Assembly: GCA_963713155.1 (NCBI GenBank)
Contig: CAVQKS010000003.1
Coordinates: 1,592 to 65,591 of the forward strand
DNA: 64,000 bases
Direction of reading: 5' to 3'
DNA from: an uncultured Thermoleophilia bacterium
Lineage (GTDB): Bacteria > Actinomycetota > Thermoleophilia > Gaiellales > Gaiellaceae
Part shown: piece by piece, positions 44,353 to 54,102 of the stretch
How the letters are laid out: each line of letters opens with the position of its first letter
How positions within the stretch are numbered: the first letter of the stretch is position 1
Translations under genes and position numbers: made by a program
The notes under the pieces: generated by a model
Databases searched by the model: none
Seen by the model: only the letters and a program-made list of their open reading frames with translations
Told to the model about the DNA's origin: nothing

Positions 44353-45465
44353 TCAGGCGGCGCGCGAGGCCTCGTCACGCCTTCCCGCGCGCGGCACCCC
44401 GCGCTTCACGAGCTCGAGGAGCACGATCACGTAGACGGACACCGAGATCGCGAGCAGGCCTGCGACCACGTCGATCGACATGTTGACGACGTTCCAGTCG
44501 CCATGCGGGTGCGGCGGAGCAAACCGCGTCGCGAGGGCGGCGAGTGCGAGTGTCGCGCACCATCCCCAGAGGTGGACGACCGCGCGGCGCTGCGAGAAGC
44601 CGATGCGAAGAAACCGGTGGTGAAGGTGGCGTGCGTCGGCCGTGTAGATCGGCTGCCCGCTACGGATGCGCTTGGCGACGACGAACGACGTGTCGAAGAC
44701 GGGAACCGCAAGCACGAGCAGCGGCAGCACGAGCGTCGCCAACGCCGCCGTCTTGACGAGGCCCTGCACCGAGATCGCCGCGAGCGTGAACCCGAGCAGC
44801 ATCGCGCCGGAGTCGCCCATGAAGATCCGCGCGGGATAGAAGTTGTGCCGCAGGAAGCCGACGCAGGCACCGCAGACGATCGCCGCGAGCACCGCGGCCC
44901 CGACGCGACCGAGCGACAGGTCGATCACGGTGAACGTCGCTCCCGAGATCGCACACACACCCGCGGCGAGCCCATCGAGCCCGTCGAGGAAGTTGACCAT
45001 GTTCATCACGGCGACGATCGCGACGATCGTCAGCGTGACCCCGACCCACACCGGCAGGGTCTGTGCGCCGGCGACCGGGAAGGTGAACTCGTGCAGGTAG
45101 ACGCCGAACCAGGTCGGGATCGCGGCGGCGAGGATCTGCCCGCCCAGCTTCTGCCACCAGGCGAGCACGCGGAAGTCGTCGATCGCACCCACCGTCGTCG
45201 CGACCGCAGCGCCGAGCAGCACTCCGCGCAGCTCACGGCTGAGCGGGAGAAACGCGAGTGACGGGACGAACACGCCAAGGAAGAGCGCGAGCCCGCCGAG
45301 GCGAGGAATCTCGGGCCGTGCGCGCTGGCCTTCTGCGCGACGATCGACGAGCCTCAGGTAGCGCGCGGCGGAACCGACAGCGGGCGTCAGCAGGAGGACG
45401 ATCACGAAGGCGACCAGCGCGCCCCAGATCACCTCGGTGTGGTCGCTCAGCTGATCCCAGACCAC
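44353..45465 (-). CDS. wecA: undecaprenyl-phosphate GlcNAc-1-phosphate transferase (MraY/WecA family)
   Basis: …AIDDF…MNMVNFLDGLDGLAAG…FMGDSGAMLLG…HLHHRF…. GTG at 45465 is preceded by GGAG. Confidence 0.88.
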   Translation of the reverse strand: MVWDQLSDHTEVIWGALVAFVIVLLLTPAVGSAARYLRLVDRRAEGQRARPEIPRLGGLALFLGVFVPSLAFLPLSRELRGVLLGAAVATTVGAIDDFRVLAWWQKLGGQILAAAIPTWFGVYLHEFTFPVAGAQTLPVWVGVTLTIVAIVAVMNMVNFLDGLDGLAAGVCAISGATFTVIDLSLGRVGAAVLAAIVCGACVGFLRHNFYPARIFMGDSGAMLLGFTLAAISVQGLVKTAALATLVLPLLVLAVPVFDTSFVVAKRIRSGQPIYTADARHLHHRFLRIGFSQRRAVVHLWGWCATLALAALATRFAPPHPHGDWNVVNMSIDVVAGLLAISVSVYVIVLLELVKRGVPRAGRRDEASRAA

Positions 45466-45473
45466 CGCGACTC

Positions 45474-46100
45474 CTACTTCGTCCCGTACAGGCGATCTCC
45501 CGCGTCGCCGAGGCCCGGGACGATGTACCCACGCTCGTTCAGGCCACGGTCGATCGCCGCGACGACAATCTGGACGTCGGGGTGGTGCTCTTCGATGTTC
45601 GCGACACCTTCCGGCGCGGCGATGATCGCGATCAGGCGCACACTCGTGGCGCCGGCTTCCTTCACGAGCTGGACGGCGTGCGCGGTCGAGTTCCCGGTCG
45701 CCAGCATCGGGTCGAGCAGGATCACATCCCGGTCGGCGACGTCCGCGGGGAGCTTCACGTAGTACTCGACCGGCTGCAGCGTCTCCTCGTTGCGGTACAG
45801 GCCGATAAAGCCGACGCGCGCGCCCGAAATCAGCGTCAGCACGCCGTCGAGCATTCCGAGGCCGGCACGAAGGATCGGACAGACGGCGACCTTCTTGCCC
45901 GAGATGCGCGGGCACGGCGCGATCTCGAGCGGCGTCTCGATCGGCACGTCCTCGGTCGGGAGATCCTTCGTCGCCTCGTAGGTGAGGAGGAGCGTGACCT
46001 CCTCGACGAGCTTGCGGAAGTGGACGGTCGGCGTGTCCTTGTCGCGCAGATACGACAGCTTGTGCTGCACCAGCGGATGACGGACCTCCGTAACGCTCAC
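45474..46100 (-). CDS. upp: uracil phosphoribosyltransferase
   Basis: 208 aa from the GTG at 46100 (GTGA overlap with glyA). …ILRAGLGM…[11 protein letters not shown]…[18 protein letters not shown]. Confidence 0.93.
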   Translation of the reverse strand: MSVTEVRHPLVQHKLSYLRDKDTPTVHFRKLVEEVTLLLTYEATKDLPTEDVPIETPLEIAPCPRISGKKVAVCPILRAGLGMLDGVLTLISGARVGFIGLYRNEETLQPVEYYVKLPADVADRDVILLDPMLATGNSTAHAVQLVKEAGATSVRLIAIIAAPEGVANIEEHHPDVQIVVAAIDRGLNERGYIVPGLGDAGDRLYGTK

Positions 46101-47386
46101 GCGTACGAGGTGTACCCGCGGAACCCGGGGTACAGCGGCCGCTTCTCGCAGAGCGCTGCGGCGCGGCCTTGCAAGGCGGCGACGTCCGCGTCGTCCTGCA
46201 GCGCGTCGGCGATGATCGAGGCGACCTCGGCGAAGTCCTCCTCGTCGAAACCGCGCATCGTCGCCGCCGGGGTGCCGAGCCGCACGCCCGAGGCGACCAT
46301 CGGCGGCCGCTCGTCGAACGGCACGGTGTTCCGGTTCGCGGTCAGCCTGCACTCCTCGAGTCGGTCCTGGGCCGCGAGCCCAGTCCAGTCCGTCGCCCGC
46401 AGGTCGAGCTGCACGAGGTGCGTATCCGTGCCGCCGGTGAGGACGTCGAGCCCGCCGTCCAGCAGGCCCGCCGCGAGTGTGTCCGCGTTTGTTCGGATCT
46501 GCCGCTGATAGTCGCGGAACGCCTCGGTGCCCGCGATCTTGAAGCACGCTGCCTTGGCGGCGATCGTGTGCATGAGCGGCCCGCCCTGCATGCCCGGGAA
46601 GTTCGCCCGGTCGAGCTTCTGCGCGTACTCCTCGGTGCAGAGCACGAAACCGGCCCGCGGCCCGGCCAGCGTCTTGTGGGTGGTCGAGGAGACGAAATGG
46701 CAGTGCGGCACCGGGCTCGGGTGCAGTCCCGCGGCGACCAGCCCGGAGAAGTGCGCCATGTCGCAGAGGAGCAGCGCGCCGACCTCGTCCGCGATCTCGC
46801 GGAAGCGCTCCGCCTCGATCGTCCGGGGATACGCGGAGCCGCCGCAGACGATCAGCTTCGGCCGCACCTCCTTGGCACGGGCGAGCACCTCGTCGTAGTC
46901 GACGGTCATCGTCTCGCGCGAGACGCCGTAGTGATGGAACTCGTAGAGCTTCCCGGAGAAGTTGACCTTCAGCCCGTGAGTCAGGTGCCCGCCGTGGTCG
47001 AGCGACAGCCCGAGCACGGAGTCACCGGGCTTGAGCACGGCGAAGTACACCGCCATGTTCGCCTGCGCCCCCGCATGCGGCTGGACATTCGCGTGCTCGG
47101 CGCCAAACAGATCCTTCGCGCGCGTCCGCGCGAGCTCCTCGATCTCGTCGACGACCTCGCAGCCGCCGTAGTAGCGCTTGCCGGGGTAGCCCTCCGCGTA
47201 CTTGTTCGTCGGCACCGAGCCGACCGCCTCGAGCACGCTCGGCCAGGTGAAGTTCTCCGAGGCGATCAGCTCGATCTGCCCGCGCTGGCGGTCGGCTTCG
47301 CGCCCGAGCAGGGCCGCCGTCTCGGGATCGATCTCCGCAAGACCGGCTGTCCTCAGCGTCTCGAAGGTCTCCTGCGCGAGCGCCAC
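46097..47386 (-). CDS. glyA: serine hydroxymethyltransferase
   Basis: …ELIASENF…[14 protein letters not shown]…[10 protein letters not shown]…. Confidence 0.96.
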   Translation of the reverse strand: MALAQETFETLRTAGLAEIDPETAALLGREADRQRGQIELIASENFTWPSVLEAVGSVPTNKYAEGYPGKRYYGGCEVVDEIEELARTRAKDLFGAEHANVQPHAGAQANMAVYFAVLKPGDSVLGLSLDHGGHLTHGLKVNFSGKLYEFHHYGVSRETMTVDYDEVLARAKEVRPKLIVCGGSAYPRTIEAERFREIADEVGALLLCDMAHFSGLVAAGLHPSPVPHCHFVSSTTHKTLAGPRAGFVLCTEEYAQKLDRANFPGMQGGPLMHTIAAKAACFKIAGTEAFRDYQRQIRTNADTLAAGLLDGGLDVLTGGTDTHLVQLDLRATDWTGLAAQDRLEECRLTANRNTVPFDERPPMVASGVRLGTPAATMRGFDEEDFAEVASIIADALQDDADVAALQGRAAALCEKRPLYPGFRGYTSYA

Positions 47387-47395
47387 ACCATGATG

Positions 47396-48004
47396 CTACT
47401 GGCCGCGCGCGACGCGCACCCGCGCCAGGGCCTCGTCCGACGGCGCAGCGCCCTCGCGCAGGACGCGAGGCACCTGCTCGGTGAGATCGAGCACCGTCGA
47501 CGGCGTCCCGGGCAGGCGGCCGGCATCGATCTCGGCGGCACATGCCTCACGCAGCCGTCGCGGCACCTCCTCGAGCGTCGCCGGGTCCTTCCCACCCGCC
47601 TCGTTGGCGCTCGTGGCCAGCACCACACCGACGCAGGCGAGAACCTGCAGCGACGGCTCGGGCAGCACCGGCACGCGCACGCCGATCGCGTCGCGCCGCT
47701 CTCCGGCGAGCCAGGGGTAGCGACGCGCCGGGTTCGGCAGGACGAGCGTGAACGCCCCGGGCAGCAGCGCGTGCAGCACCGGCTCGATCTCCGACAGCTC
47801 CGGGACGCGCTCCACCAGCGCCTCGACGGAACCGGCCAAGAGCGCCGTGGGCTTCGAGTCGCTGCGGCCCTTCAGCGCGAGCGCCGCGAGCGCCCACTCC
47901 TCGCGTGCGGGATTCCCGGCAAGGCCGTAGACGGTGTCGGTCGCGAGCAGGACGGGCCGGCCCTCCTGCAACGCCGCGATCGCGCGCTCTACGGCGCCGG
48001 CCAT
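47396..48004 (-). CDS. tsaC: L-threonylcarbamoyladenylate synthase (TsaC/YwlC type)
   Basis: 202 aa from ATG 48004. …LLATDTVYGLAGN…VRVP…SANEAG…. Confidence 0.85.
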   Translation of the reverse strand: MAGAVERAIAALQEGRPVLLATDTVYGLAGNPAREEWALAALALKGRSDSKPTALLAGSVEALVERVPELSEIEPVLHALLPGAFTLVLPNPARRYPWLAGERRDAIGVRVPVLPEPSLQVLACVGVVLATSANEAGGKDPATLEEVPRRLREACAAEIDAGRLPGTPSTVLDLTEQVPRVLREGAAPSDEALARVRVARGQ

Positions 48005-48813
48005 CGCCCCTCGACGACACGCGGCCTTCCGGCCAGGTCGCTGCTCACCGCGACGTCCGCGTAGCCCGCGTCCCGCAGCCACCCGGCGACGTCGTGGGCT
48101 CGTTCCTCGTGAACCTCGAGCACCAGCCAGCCGTCGAGCACCGCGCGACCGGCGTCGACGAGGCGAGCCGTCTGACCCTCGTCGACGAGCGCAGCACGCG
48201 GCTCCCACTCGCGTACCTCCGGCTCGAGCGCGGTGAGCTCAGCCGCCTCGACGTACGGCGGGTTCGAGACGACGAGGTCGAACGGGCCCGCGGCGCCGGC
48301 GATCAGGTCGCCCTCCCGGAGCTCGACCGCGAGCCCGAGCGCCTCGGCGTTCTCGCGCGCGAGTGCGAGCGCGTCCGCCGACGCGTCGGTCGCGACCGTC
48401 GTCGCGCCGGGGAGCTCCTGCGCAAGCGACAGCGCGATTGCCCCACTCCCGGTGCCGACGTCGAGCACGCGCGGTTCGGCGACTCCGGCGAGGAGTGCCA
48501 GGCACCGGTCGACGACCACCTCCGTCTCCGGGCGCGGCACCAGCGCGCGCCGGTCGGTCCGCAGCGTCAGCCGCCGAAATCCCCAGTCGCCGAGGACGTA
48601 GGCGAGCGGTTCGCGCGCGCCGCGGCGACGGACGGGCTCGCGTGCGGCGTCCAGCTCGGCGGCCGTGAGCGGACGGTCGTGCTGGGTGTACAGATCGAGC
48701 CGCGTCAGGCCAAGCGAGCGGGAGAGCAACAACTCGGCGTCAAGTCGCGGACGCTCGACGCCGTGCGACGCGAGATAGTCGGTCGCTGCGTCGAGTGCCT
48801 CGCCGAGGGTCAC
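47989..48813 (-). CDS. prmC: release-factor glutamine N5-methyltransferase
   Basis: [16 protein letters not shown] motif and NPPY catalytic motif (VVSNPPYV). Confidence 0.9.
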   Translation of the reverse strand: MTLGEALDAATDYLASHGVERPRLDAELLLSRSLGLTRLDLYTQHDRPLTAAELDAAREPVRRRGAREPLAYVLGDWGFRRLTLRTDRRALVPRPETEVVVDRCLALLAGVAEPRVLDVGTGSGAIALSLAQELPGATTVATDASADALALARENAEALGLAVELREGDLIAGAAGPFDLVVSNPPYVEAAELTALEPEVREWEPRAALVDEGQTARLVDAGRAVLDGWLVLEVHEERAHDVAGWLRDAGYADVAVSSDLAGRPRVVEGRWPAP

Positions 48814-49860
48814 ACGGAGGCGGTCTCGAGCGCGCGCCGCTGCTCGTCCGCCGTCAGCGCATCAGTGAACTCGTCGAGCCCGCCCTGCAGAACCTGGTCG
48901 AGCCGGTGGACGGTGAGCTTGATCCGATGGTCCGTGACCCGGTTCTCGGGGTAGTTGTACGTCCGGATCTTCTCGGCACGCGCGCCGGTGCCGACCTGCG
49001 CGCTCCGCGTCGCGGCCTGCTCGGCCGCCAGCCGCTCGCGCTCCGATTCGTAGAGCCGCGCCCGCAGAACGCGCATCGCCTTCTCTCGGTTCTGTAGCTG
49101 CGAGCGCTCGTCCTGCATCGCGACCGCGATGCCGGTGGGGAGGTGCGTGATGCGCACGGCGGAGTCGGTCGTGTTGACCGACTGGCCACCTGGGCCCGAG
49201 GAGCGGTACACGTCGATCTTGAGGTCTTTCTCTTCGATGTCGAGGTCGACCTCCTCGGCCTCGGGCATCACGGCGACGGTCGCCGTCGAGGTGTGGATGC
49301 GCCCCTGCGACTCCGTCTCTGGCACGCGCTGGACGCGATGCGTCCCGCCCTCGAACTTGAACACGGAGTACGCGCCGTCCCCTTTGACTGCGAACACGCC
49401 TTCCTTCACACCACCGCCCTCGTTTGCATTGACCTCGAGCTCTTCCCACTTGAAGCCGCGGCTCTCGGCGTAGCGCTGGAACATGCGGGCGAGATCGCCC
49501 GCCCACAAACCGGCCTCGTCGCCTCCGACTCCTTGCCGGATCTCGACGATCACGTCCTTCGAGTCGGCCGGATCGTGCTCGGCGAGCGACAGCCTGAGCT
49601 CCTCCTCGAGCCGCGCGACGTCGGCTTCGAGATCGGGCGCGAGCTCGGACAGGTCGGGGTCGTTGCGGGCGGCGTCGAGGTCGGCCTGGCGCAGCCGCCA
49701 CTCCTGCGCGAGCGCATGCGGGCCGCTCGAGCGTCTTCAGCCGACGGCCGGCCTCGGCCGCTTCGCGGTGGTCGTTGTAGACGGCAGGGTCGGACAGACG
49801 CTGCTGCGTCTCGGTGTAGGAGCGCTCGAGCTCCGCGACGAGGTCGTCCAGGGCCGCCAT
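48810..49860 (-). CDS. prfA: peptide chain release factor 1 (apparent frameshift near 49715-49725)
   Basis: The N-terminus [47 protein letters not shown] is in one frame. [19 protein letters not shown]…[13 protein letters not shown]…[11 protein letters not shown]… is in the next. Confidence 0.9.
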
Positions 49861-49886
49861 CGGACCCGACAGGGTAGAGCGGCGCG

Positions 49887-50318
49887 CTAGTCCAGTGCTG
49901 CGTCGAGCGTGACGTCGGGAATCCCGGTGAGCGCCATCGACACCGGGCAGCTCGTCTTCGCCCCCTGGGCCGCCGCCTCGAAGCCGGCCGCGTCGAGCCC
50001 CGGAACGGTGCCGCGGACGCTGAGCGCGCCCTTGGTGATCCCTTCGCCCGGCTGAAAGGTCACGGTCGCCGAGGTGACGAGCCGTTCGGGCGGCGTCCCG
50101 CCACGTGCGAGGCCCGCGGAGAGCGCCATGGCGAAGCATGCGGCCCACGCGGCAGCGACCAGCTCCTCGGGGCTGGTCTTGCCGTTCGGCTCCTCCGCGC
50201 GCGACGCCCAGGAGACGTCAAGCGGGCCGAAAGCACCACTGCCGACTTCGCCGATCGTTCCTGCCCCCGACATGAGGTCGCCGGTCCACACCACTTCGGC
50301 TCTGCGCTCCGTCGCCAT
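49887..50318 (-). CDS. OsmC family peroxiredoxin
   Basis: …TSPEELVAAAWAACFAMAL…AKTSCPVS…. Confidence 0.85.
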   Translation of the reverse strand: MATERRAEVVWTGDLMSGAGTIGEVGSGAFGPLDVSWASRAEEPNGKTSPEELVAAAWAACFAMALSAGLARGGTPPERLVTSATVTFQPGEGITKGALSVRGTVPGLDAAGFEAAAQGAKTSCPVSMALTGIPDVTLDAALD

Positions 50319-51232
50319 CAGGCCATCACCTCCACTCGTCGATCGGCCGGCTGAGGTCGGCCTTCATGGTCGAGGACCTCGCGCAGCGCGCGGATCGAGA
50401 CCTCGAGCTGGTCGAGCGTCGGCTCGCGCGTCGTCAGCCGCTGCAGCCAGAGGCCTGGCGCGAGCAGCGTCATCAGCACGCGATTGTCGCTGTGCTTGCC
50501 CGCGAAGCGGATCAGCTCGTACGCGACGCCTGCGATCACGGGCAGCAGTGCGATGCGGCTGATGATCAGCCAGTACCAGACCGGCCGCCCGAGCAGCGCG
50601 TAGACGAAGACGCCGACGACCATCACCCAGAGCAGAAACGCCGTGCCGCAACGCGGATGGATCAGCGAATGGCGCTGCGCGTTCTCGGGCGTCAGCTCGT
50701 CGCCGGCCTCGTACGCGTTGATCGCCTTGTGCTCGGCAGCGTGGTACTCGAACACGCGCCGCAGCGACGGGATGAAGCTGAGCAGGACGAGGTAGGCGAC
50801 GAATACCGCGACGCGAATCAGACCCTCGACGAGGACGAAGAGGTTGCCGTTCGAGATCGGGAGCGAGTCGGCGAGGAGTGCCGGCCCGACCTTGAACATC
50901 ATCACGGCGAAGCCGATCGCGACGAGGAACGCGAACGCGAGGGCCCAGCGGCCGAGCTCGGCGGGCTCGTCGTATCCCTCAGCTTCCTCCTGCGCCGCGT
51001 AACCGGCCGAGACGCCGAGCGCACGGAAGCCGATCGTGAGGCTCTCGCCGAGCGCGACCACCCCGCGGACGATCGGAAGCCGCAGCGACCAGTGGCGGGC
51101 GGCGAGCGGGTCGATCGACCGCGCGACGTGGGCAATGCCGCCTGTGGGCGTGCGAACTGCGACCGCCCAGTTGCGCGGACCGCGCATCATGACGCCCTCG
51201 AGGACGGCCTGACCTCCGATGGCCTGCGACAT
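50318..51232 (-). CDS. DUF1385 (YqhQ-like) membrane protein
   Basis: MSQAIGGQAVLEGVMMRGP…EYHAAEHKAINAYE…HPRCGT…. Conserved neighbour of rpmE/prfA. Confidence 0.85.
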   Translation of the reverse strand: MSQAIGGQAVLEGVMMRGPRNWAVAVRTPTGGIAHVARSIDPLAARHWSLRLPIVRGVVALGESLTIGFRALGVSAGYAAQEEAEGYDEPAELGRWALAFAFLVAIGFAVMMFKVGPALLADSLPISNGNLFVLVEGLIRVAVFVAYLVLLSFIPSLRRVFEYHAAEHKAINAYEAGDELTPENAQRHSLIHPRCGTAFLLWVMVVGVFVYALLGRPVWYWLIISRIALLPVIAGVAYELIRFAGKHSDNRVLMTLLAPGLWLQRLTTREPTLDQLEVSIRALREVLDHEGRPQPADRRVEVMA

Positions 51233-51238
51233 GGTCGG

Positions 51239-51457
51239 CTACGCGCGCGAGGCGCGTTCGGCCTTCTCGAGCCGGCGCTGGAAGCGCTCGACGCGGCCGC
51301 CCGTATCGACGAGCTTCTGCTTCCCGGTGTAGAACGGGTGGCAGTTCGAGCAGATCTCGACGTGGAGCTCGGGGCTCGTCGAGCGCGTCACGAAGCTGTT
51401 TCCGCAGCTGCAGTGAACCGTCGCGAGCTGATACTCGGGGTGGATTCCGGCCTTCAT
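51239..51457 (-). CDS. rpmE: 50S ribosomal protein L31
   Basis: [59 protein letters not shown]. Confidence 0.95.
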   Translation of the reverse strand: MKAGIHPEYQLATVHCSCGNSFVTRSTSPELHVEICSNCHPFYTGKQKLVDTGGRVERFQRRLEKAERASRA

Positions 51458-52392
51458 CGCCGGGCCAGGATAGCAGCGGCTGTCTCCGTGGCGACGTTGC
51501 CTCCCGAGACGACGAGCACGGGCCGCTCGGCCTGAACGCTTCCCGCAAGCCACGCGGCGGTCGCGGCCGCGCCGGCCGGCTCGCACGCGAGCTTCGCGCG
51601 CTCGTACAGGAGGCGGAACGCGTGCTCGATCTCCTCCTCGGAGACGAGGACGCGCTCCAGCTCCCGGCAGATCTCGAGCGCGAGCGCCCCTGCAAACGGT
51701 GCGTTCAGGCCGTCGGCGATCGATACCGGCTTGACGGGCGTCGGCTCGCCGCGCTCGATCGCCGTATGCAGCGCGGTGCTCGTCTCCGGCTCGACTGCGA
51801 CGACGCGAACCCGGTCGCCGATCGCGGTCTGGATCCCGGAGATCAGGCCGCCGCCGCCGACAGCGACGATCACGGCGTCGGTGTCGGGCGCGTCCTCGAG
51901 GATCTCGAGCCCAACCGTGCCGGCGCCCGCGATCACGATCGGGTCGTCGAAGGGGTGCACGAGCGTGCGGCCGGTCGCGTCGATCAGGTCGTGGAGGCGG
52001 TCGAACGCGTCGCCCGGGCCGGTCGCCTCGAGATCGACGGTCGCCCCGTAACCCCGCGTGGCCGCGATCTTCTGCTCGGAAGCGCCCTGCCACATCACGA
52101 CGAGCGCGTCGACGCCCTCCTCCGCGGCGGCATACGCGACGGCTTGTGCGTGGTTGCCCGCGCTGATCGCGATCACACCGCGCTGCTTCTCGCCGGCGTC
52201 GAGGGACCTCAACTTGTTCAGCGCGCCACGCACCTTGAACGATCCGGTGCGCTGGAAGAGCTCACACTTGAGTCGCGCGCCGATCGTCCGGCTCGGCATC
52301 ATCGGGGTGCGAGCCAGGCGACTGCCGATCGTCACGCGTGCGCGAAGCACGTCGTCGTGGGTTGGACGCACGCGCTCGATCGTACGTTTCAC
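51454..52392 (-). CDS. PLP-dependent threonine/serine dehydratase
   Basis: 312 aa from the GTG at 52392 (GTGA overlap with the upstream gene). PLP-lysine motif TGSFKVRGA and GGGGLISG loop. Confidence 0.85.
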   Translation of the reverse strand: MKRTIERVRPTHDDVLRARVTIGSRLARTPMMPSRTIGARLKCELFQRTGSFKVRGALNKLRSLDAGEKQRGVIAISAGNHAQAVAYAAAEEGVDALVVMWQGASEQKIAATRGYGATVDLEATGPGDAFDRLHDLIDATGRTLVHPFDDPIVIAGAGTVGLEILEDAPDTDAVIVAVGGGGLISGIQTAIGDRVRVVAVEPETSTALHTAIERGEPTPVKPVSIADGLNAPFAGALALEICRELERVLVSEEEIEHAFRLLYERAKLACEPAGAAATAAWLAGSVQAERPVLVVSGGNVATETAAAILARR

Positions 52393-53123
52393 GCGCGCTG
52401 TCGGACCGCTTCGAACAACAGGACCGCGGCGGCGGCGCTCGCGTTCAGGGAGTCGACGGTTCGCCCGTTGACGGGGATCGACACGGTCTGGTCTGCGGCG
52501 GCCCGCCAGCGGTCGTCCAGGCCCCGATCCTCGGCGCCCACGATCAGCGCCGTCGGCGGCCGCAGGTCGGCGGCGCTGTAGCTGGTCGGCGCACCCACCA
52601 CCGCGGCGACTCGGGCCAGCGGAAGCGCGCGAACCTCGTCGAGGTTCGACGCGACGATCGGGAGCGTGAAGACGGCGCCCGTCGAGGCACGTACGGCGTT
52701 CGGGTTCCACGGGTCGAACGACCCGTCGGCGACGAGGAGCGCATCCGCGCCGGCCGCCTCCGCCGAGCGCGCCATCGCCCCGAGGTTGCCCGGTTTCTCG
52801 ACCCCGACCGCGACGAGCACGAGCGTCGCGTCCACGGGCAACTCGCGCCTGGGCGCCTCGACCACCGCGATCACGCCTTCGGGCTCGCCGCGGTATGCCA
52901 TGTGACGGAGCACGCGTGCGCTCACCTCCTGCGCGTCGGAATGCGGCGACTCCGCGGTCAGCTCGGGCGCGGCGTACTCGGCGCGAAACCGCAACCCTGC
53001 CGCCCGCGCCCGCTCGACCTCCCGCGAGCCCTCGACGACGAACAACCCGGTCAGCCGCCGCTCGCGCGATCGTCGCAGCCGCACGACTTCCTTGACGCGC
53101 GGATTGTCGACGCTCGTGATCAC
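52389..53123 (-). CDS. TrmH/SpoU family RNA 2'-O-methyltransferase
   Basis: …NPRVKEVVRL…VGVEKPGNLGAMARSA…IPVNGRTVDSLNASAAAAVLLFE. Confidence 0.85.
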   Translation of the reverse strand: MITSVDNPRVKEVVRLRRSRERRLTGLFVVEGSREVERARAAGLRFRAEYAAPELTAESPHSDAQEVSARVLRHMAYRGEPEGVIAVVEAPRRELPVDATLVLVAVGVEKPGNLGAMARSAEAAGADALLVADGSFDPWNPNAVRASTGAVFTLPIVASNLDEVRALPLARVAAVVGAPTSYSAADLRPPTALIVGAEDRGLDDRWRAAADQTVSIPVNGRTVDSLNASAAAAVLLFEAVRQRA

Positions 53124-53359
53124 GGCGACTCGGCCTCGCCGAGGCCCGGCTGCTCGGCCGCGTCGCCGGCCGCGAGCAGCGATGCCATCGACGAGACGAC
53201 GTCGATCGCGTCGAGGAGCCCGCGCACGACGGTGATCAGGTCGTCGACGTTGCGAGAGCGGATCGCCTCGTCGGCCAGAGCCTCGATCTCTGCCGCAGTG
53301 GCACGGAACTCGGCAATCCGCGCCGCGATCTCGCCGGAGCTCAGCGGGTCGCTAGCCAC
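53120..53359 (-). CDS. hypothetical small helical protein
   Basis: 79-aa acidic ORF whose stop overlaps the trmH-like start. No family recognised. Confidence 0.4.
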   Translation of the reverse strand: MASDPLSSGEIAARIAEFRATAAEIEALADEAIRSRNVDDLITVVRGLLDAIDVVSSMASLLAAGDAAEQPGLGEAESP

Positions 53360-53507
53360 CCAAGCCCTCCTGGAGGTGGCGTCGCTTGCCGCTTTTGGTC
53401 AAGTCGGGCGGCTGCCGCTGTGACGAGACTGCACAGAGAGTCGACCGAAAACGTGAATTCACAGGACGTGACCCGCCGGCCGATCGCCGCCGCCATAGCG
53501 TGACAAC

Positions 53508-54083
53508 GTGCCTCACAAGCCTCGCGACGAACAGCCGGGCTTTCACCACGTCGTCGCACGCGGCAACAACAAGCGACTGATCTTCGTCACCGACATCGAC
53601 CGTCAGCAATTCCTCCAGATTCTCGCGCGGACCGCGAACCGCCACGGGTGGAACGTCTACGCGTACTGCCTGATGCGCAACCACTATCACCTCGTCATGA
53701 CCGTCGACGAACGTGGACTGTCGGATGGGATGTGCGAGCTCAACTCGGCGTACGCACTGGCGTTCAACACCACCCACGGTCGGATCAACCATCTGTTCGG
53801 GAAGCGGTACTGGAACGAGTACCTCGCCGATGACCGACGTCTGCTCAACACGGTGCGCTACGTCTTGCAGAACCCACGGCGTGCCGGCCGGACCGGCGCA
53901 CTCGAAGGTTATGCGTGGTCCAGCTATGCCGCGACGATCGGCCTTGCGCTCTCCTTCGCCCAGCTCGCGACCGGTGAGCTTCTCTCCATGTTCGGGAACA
54001 CTCGCGACCACGCCGTCGCGCGGTTCGTCGAGTTCTGCGACGAGTCCGTCCCATTGGGCCGTGTCAGGTGGCAGCCGCCGTGA
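53508..54083 (+). CDS. REP-associated tyrosine transposase-like protein (IS200/IS605 Y1 HUH family)
   Basis: GFHHVVARGNNKRLIF…YAYCLMRNHYHLVM (HUH = HYH)…NHLFGKRYWNEYL…VRYVLQNP (catalytic Tyr region)…WSSY. One of only two plus-strand genes, and visibly lower GC. Confidence 0.8.
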   Translation: MPHKPRDEQPGFHHVVARGNNKRLIFVTDIDRQQFLQILARTANRHGWNVYAYCLMRNHYHLVMTVDERGLSDGMCELNSAYALAFNTTHGRINHLFGKRYWNEYLADDRRLLNTVRYVLQNPRRAGRTGALEGYAWSSYAATIGLALSFAQLATGELLSMFGNTRDHAVARFVEFCDESVPLGRVRWQPP

Positions 54084-54102
54084 CGGAACTGTCACCGGCC
54101 GG

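Noticed and set aside
53770-53785. An 11-nt match (ATCAACCATCT) between the MITE terminal repeat and the RAYT coding sequence.
   Set aside because: It lies inside codons for the conserved …RINHLF… motif. An 11-mer match among many possible windows is not significant.
53352-54095. A 247-aa minus-strand ORF covering the RAYT locus.
   Set aside because: It is antisense to a gene with clear HUH/Tyr motifs and is itself motif-free and Arg/Val/Glu-biased.
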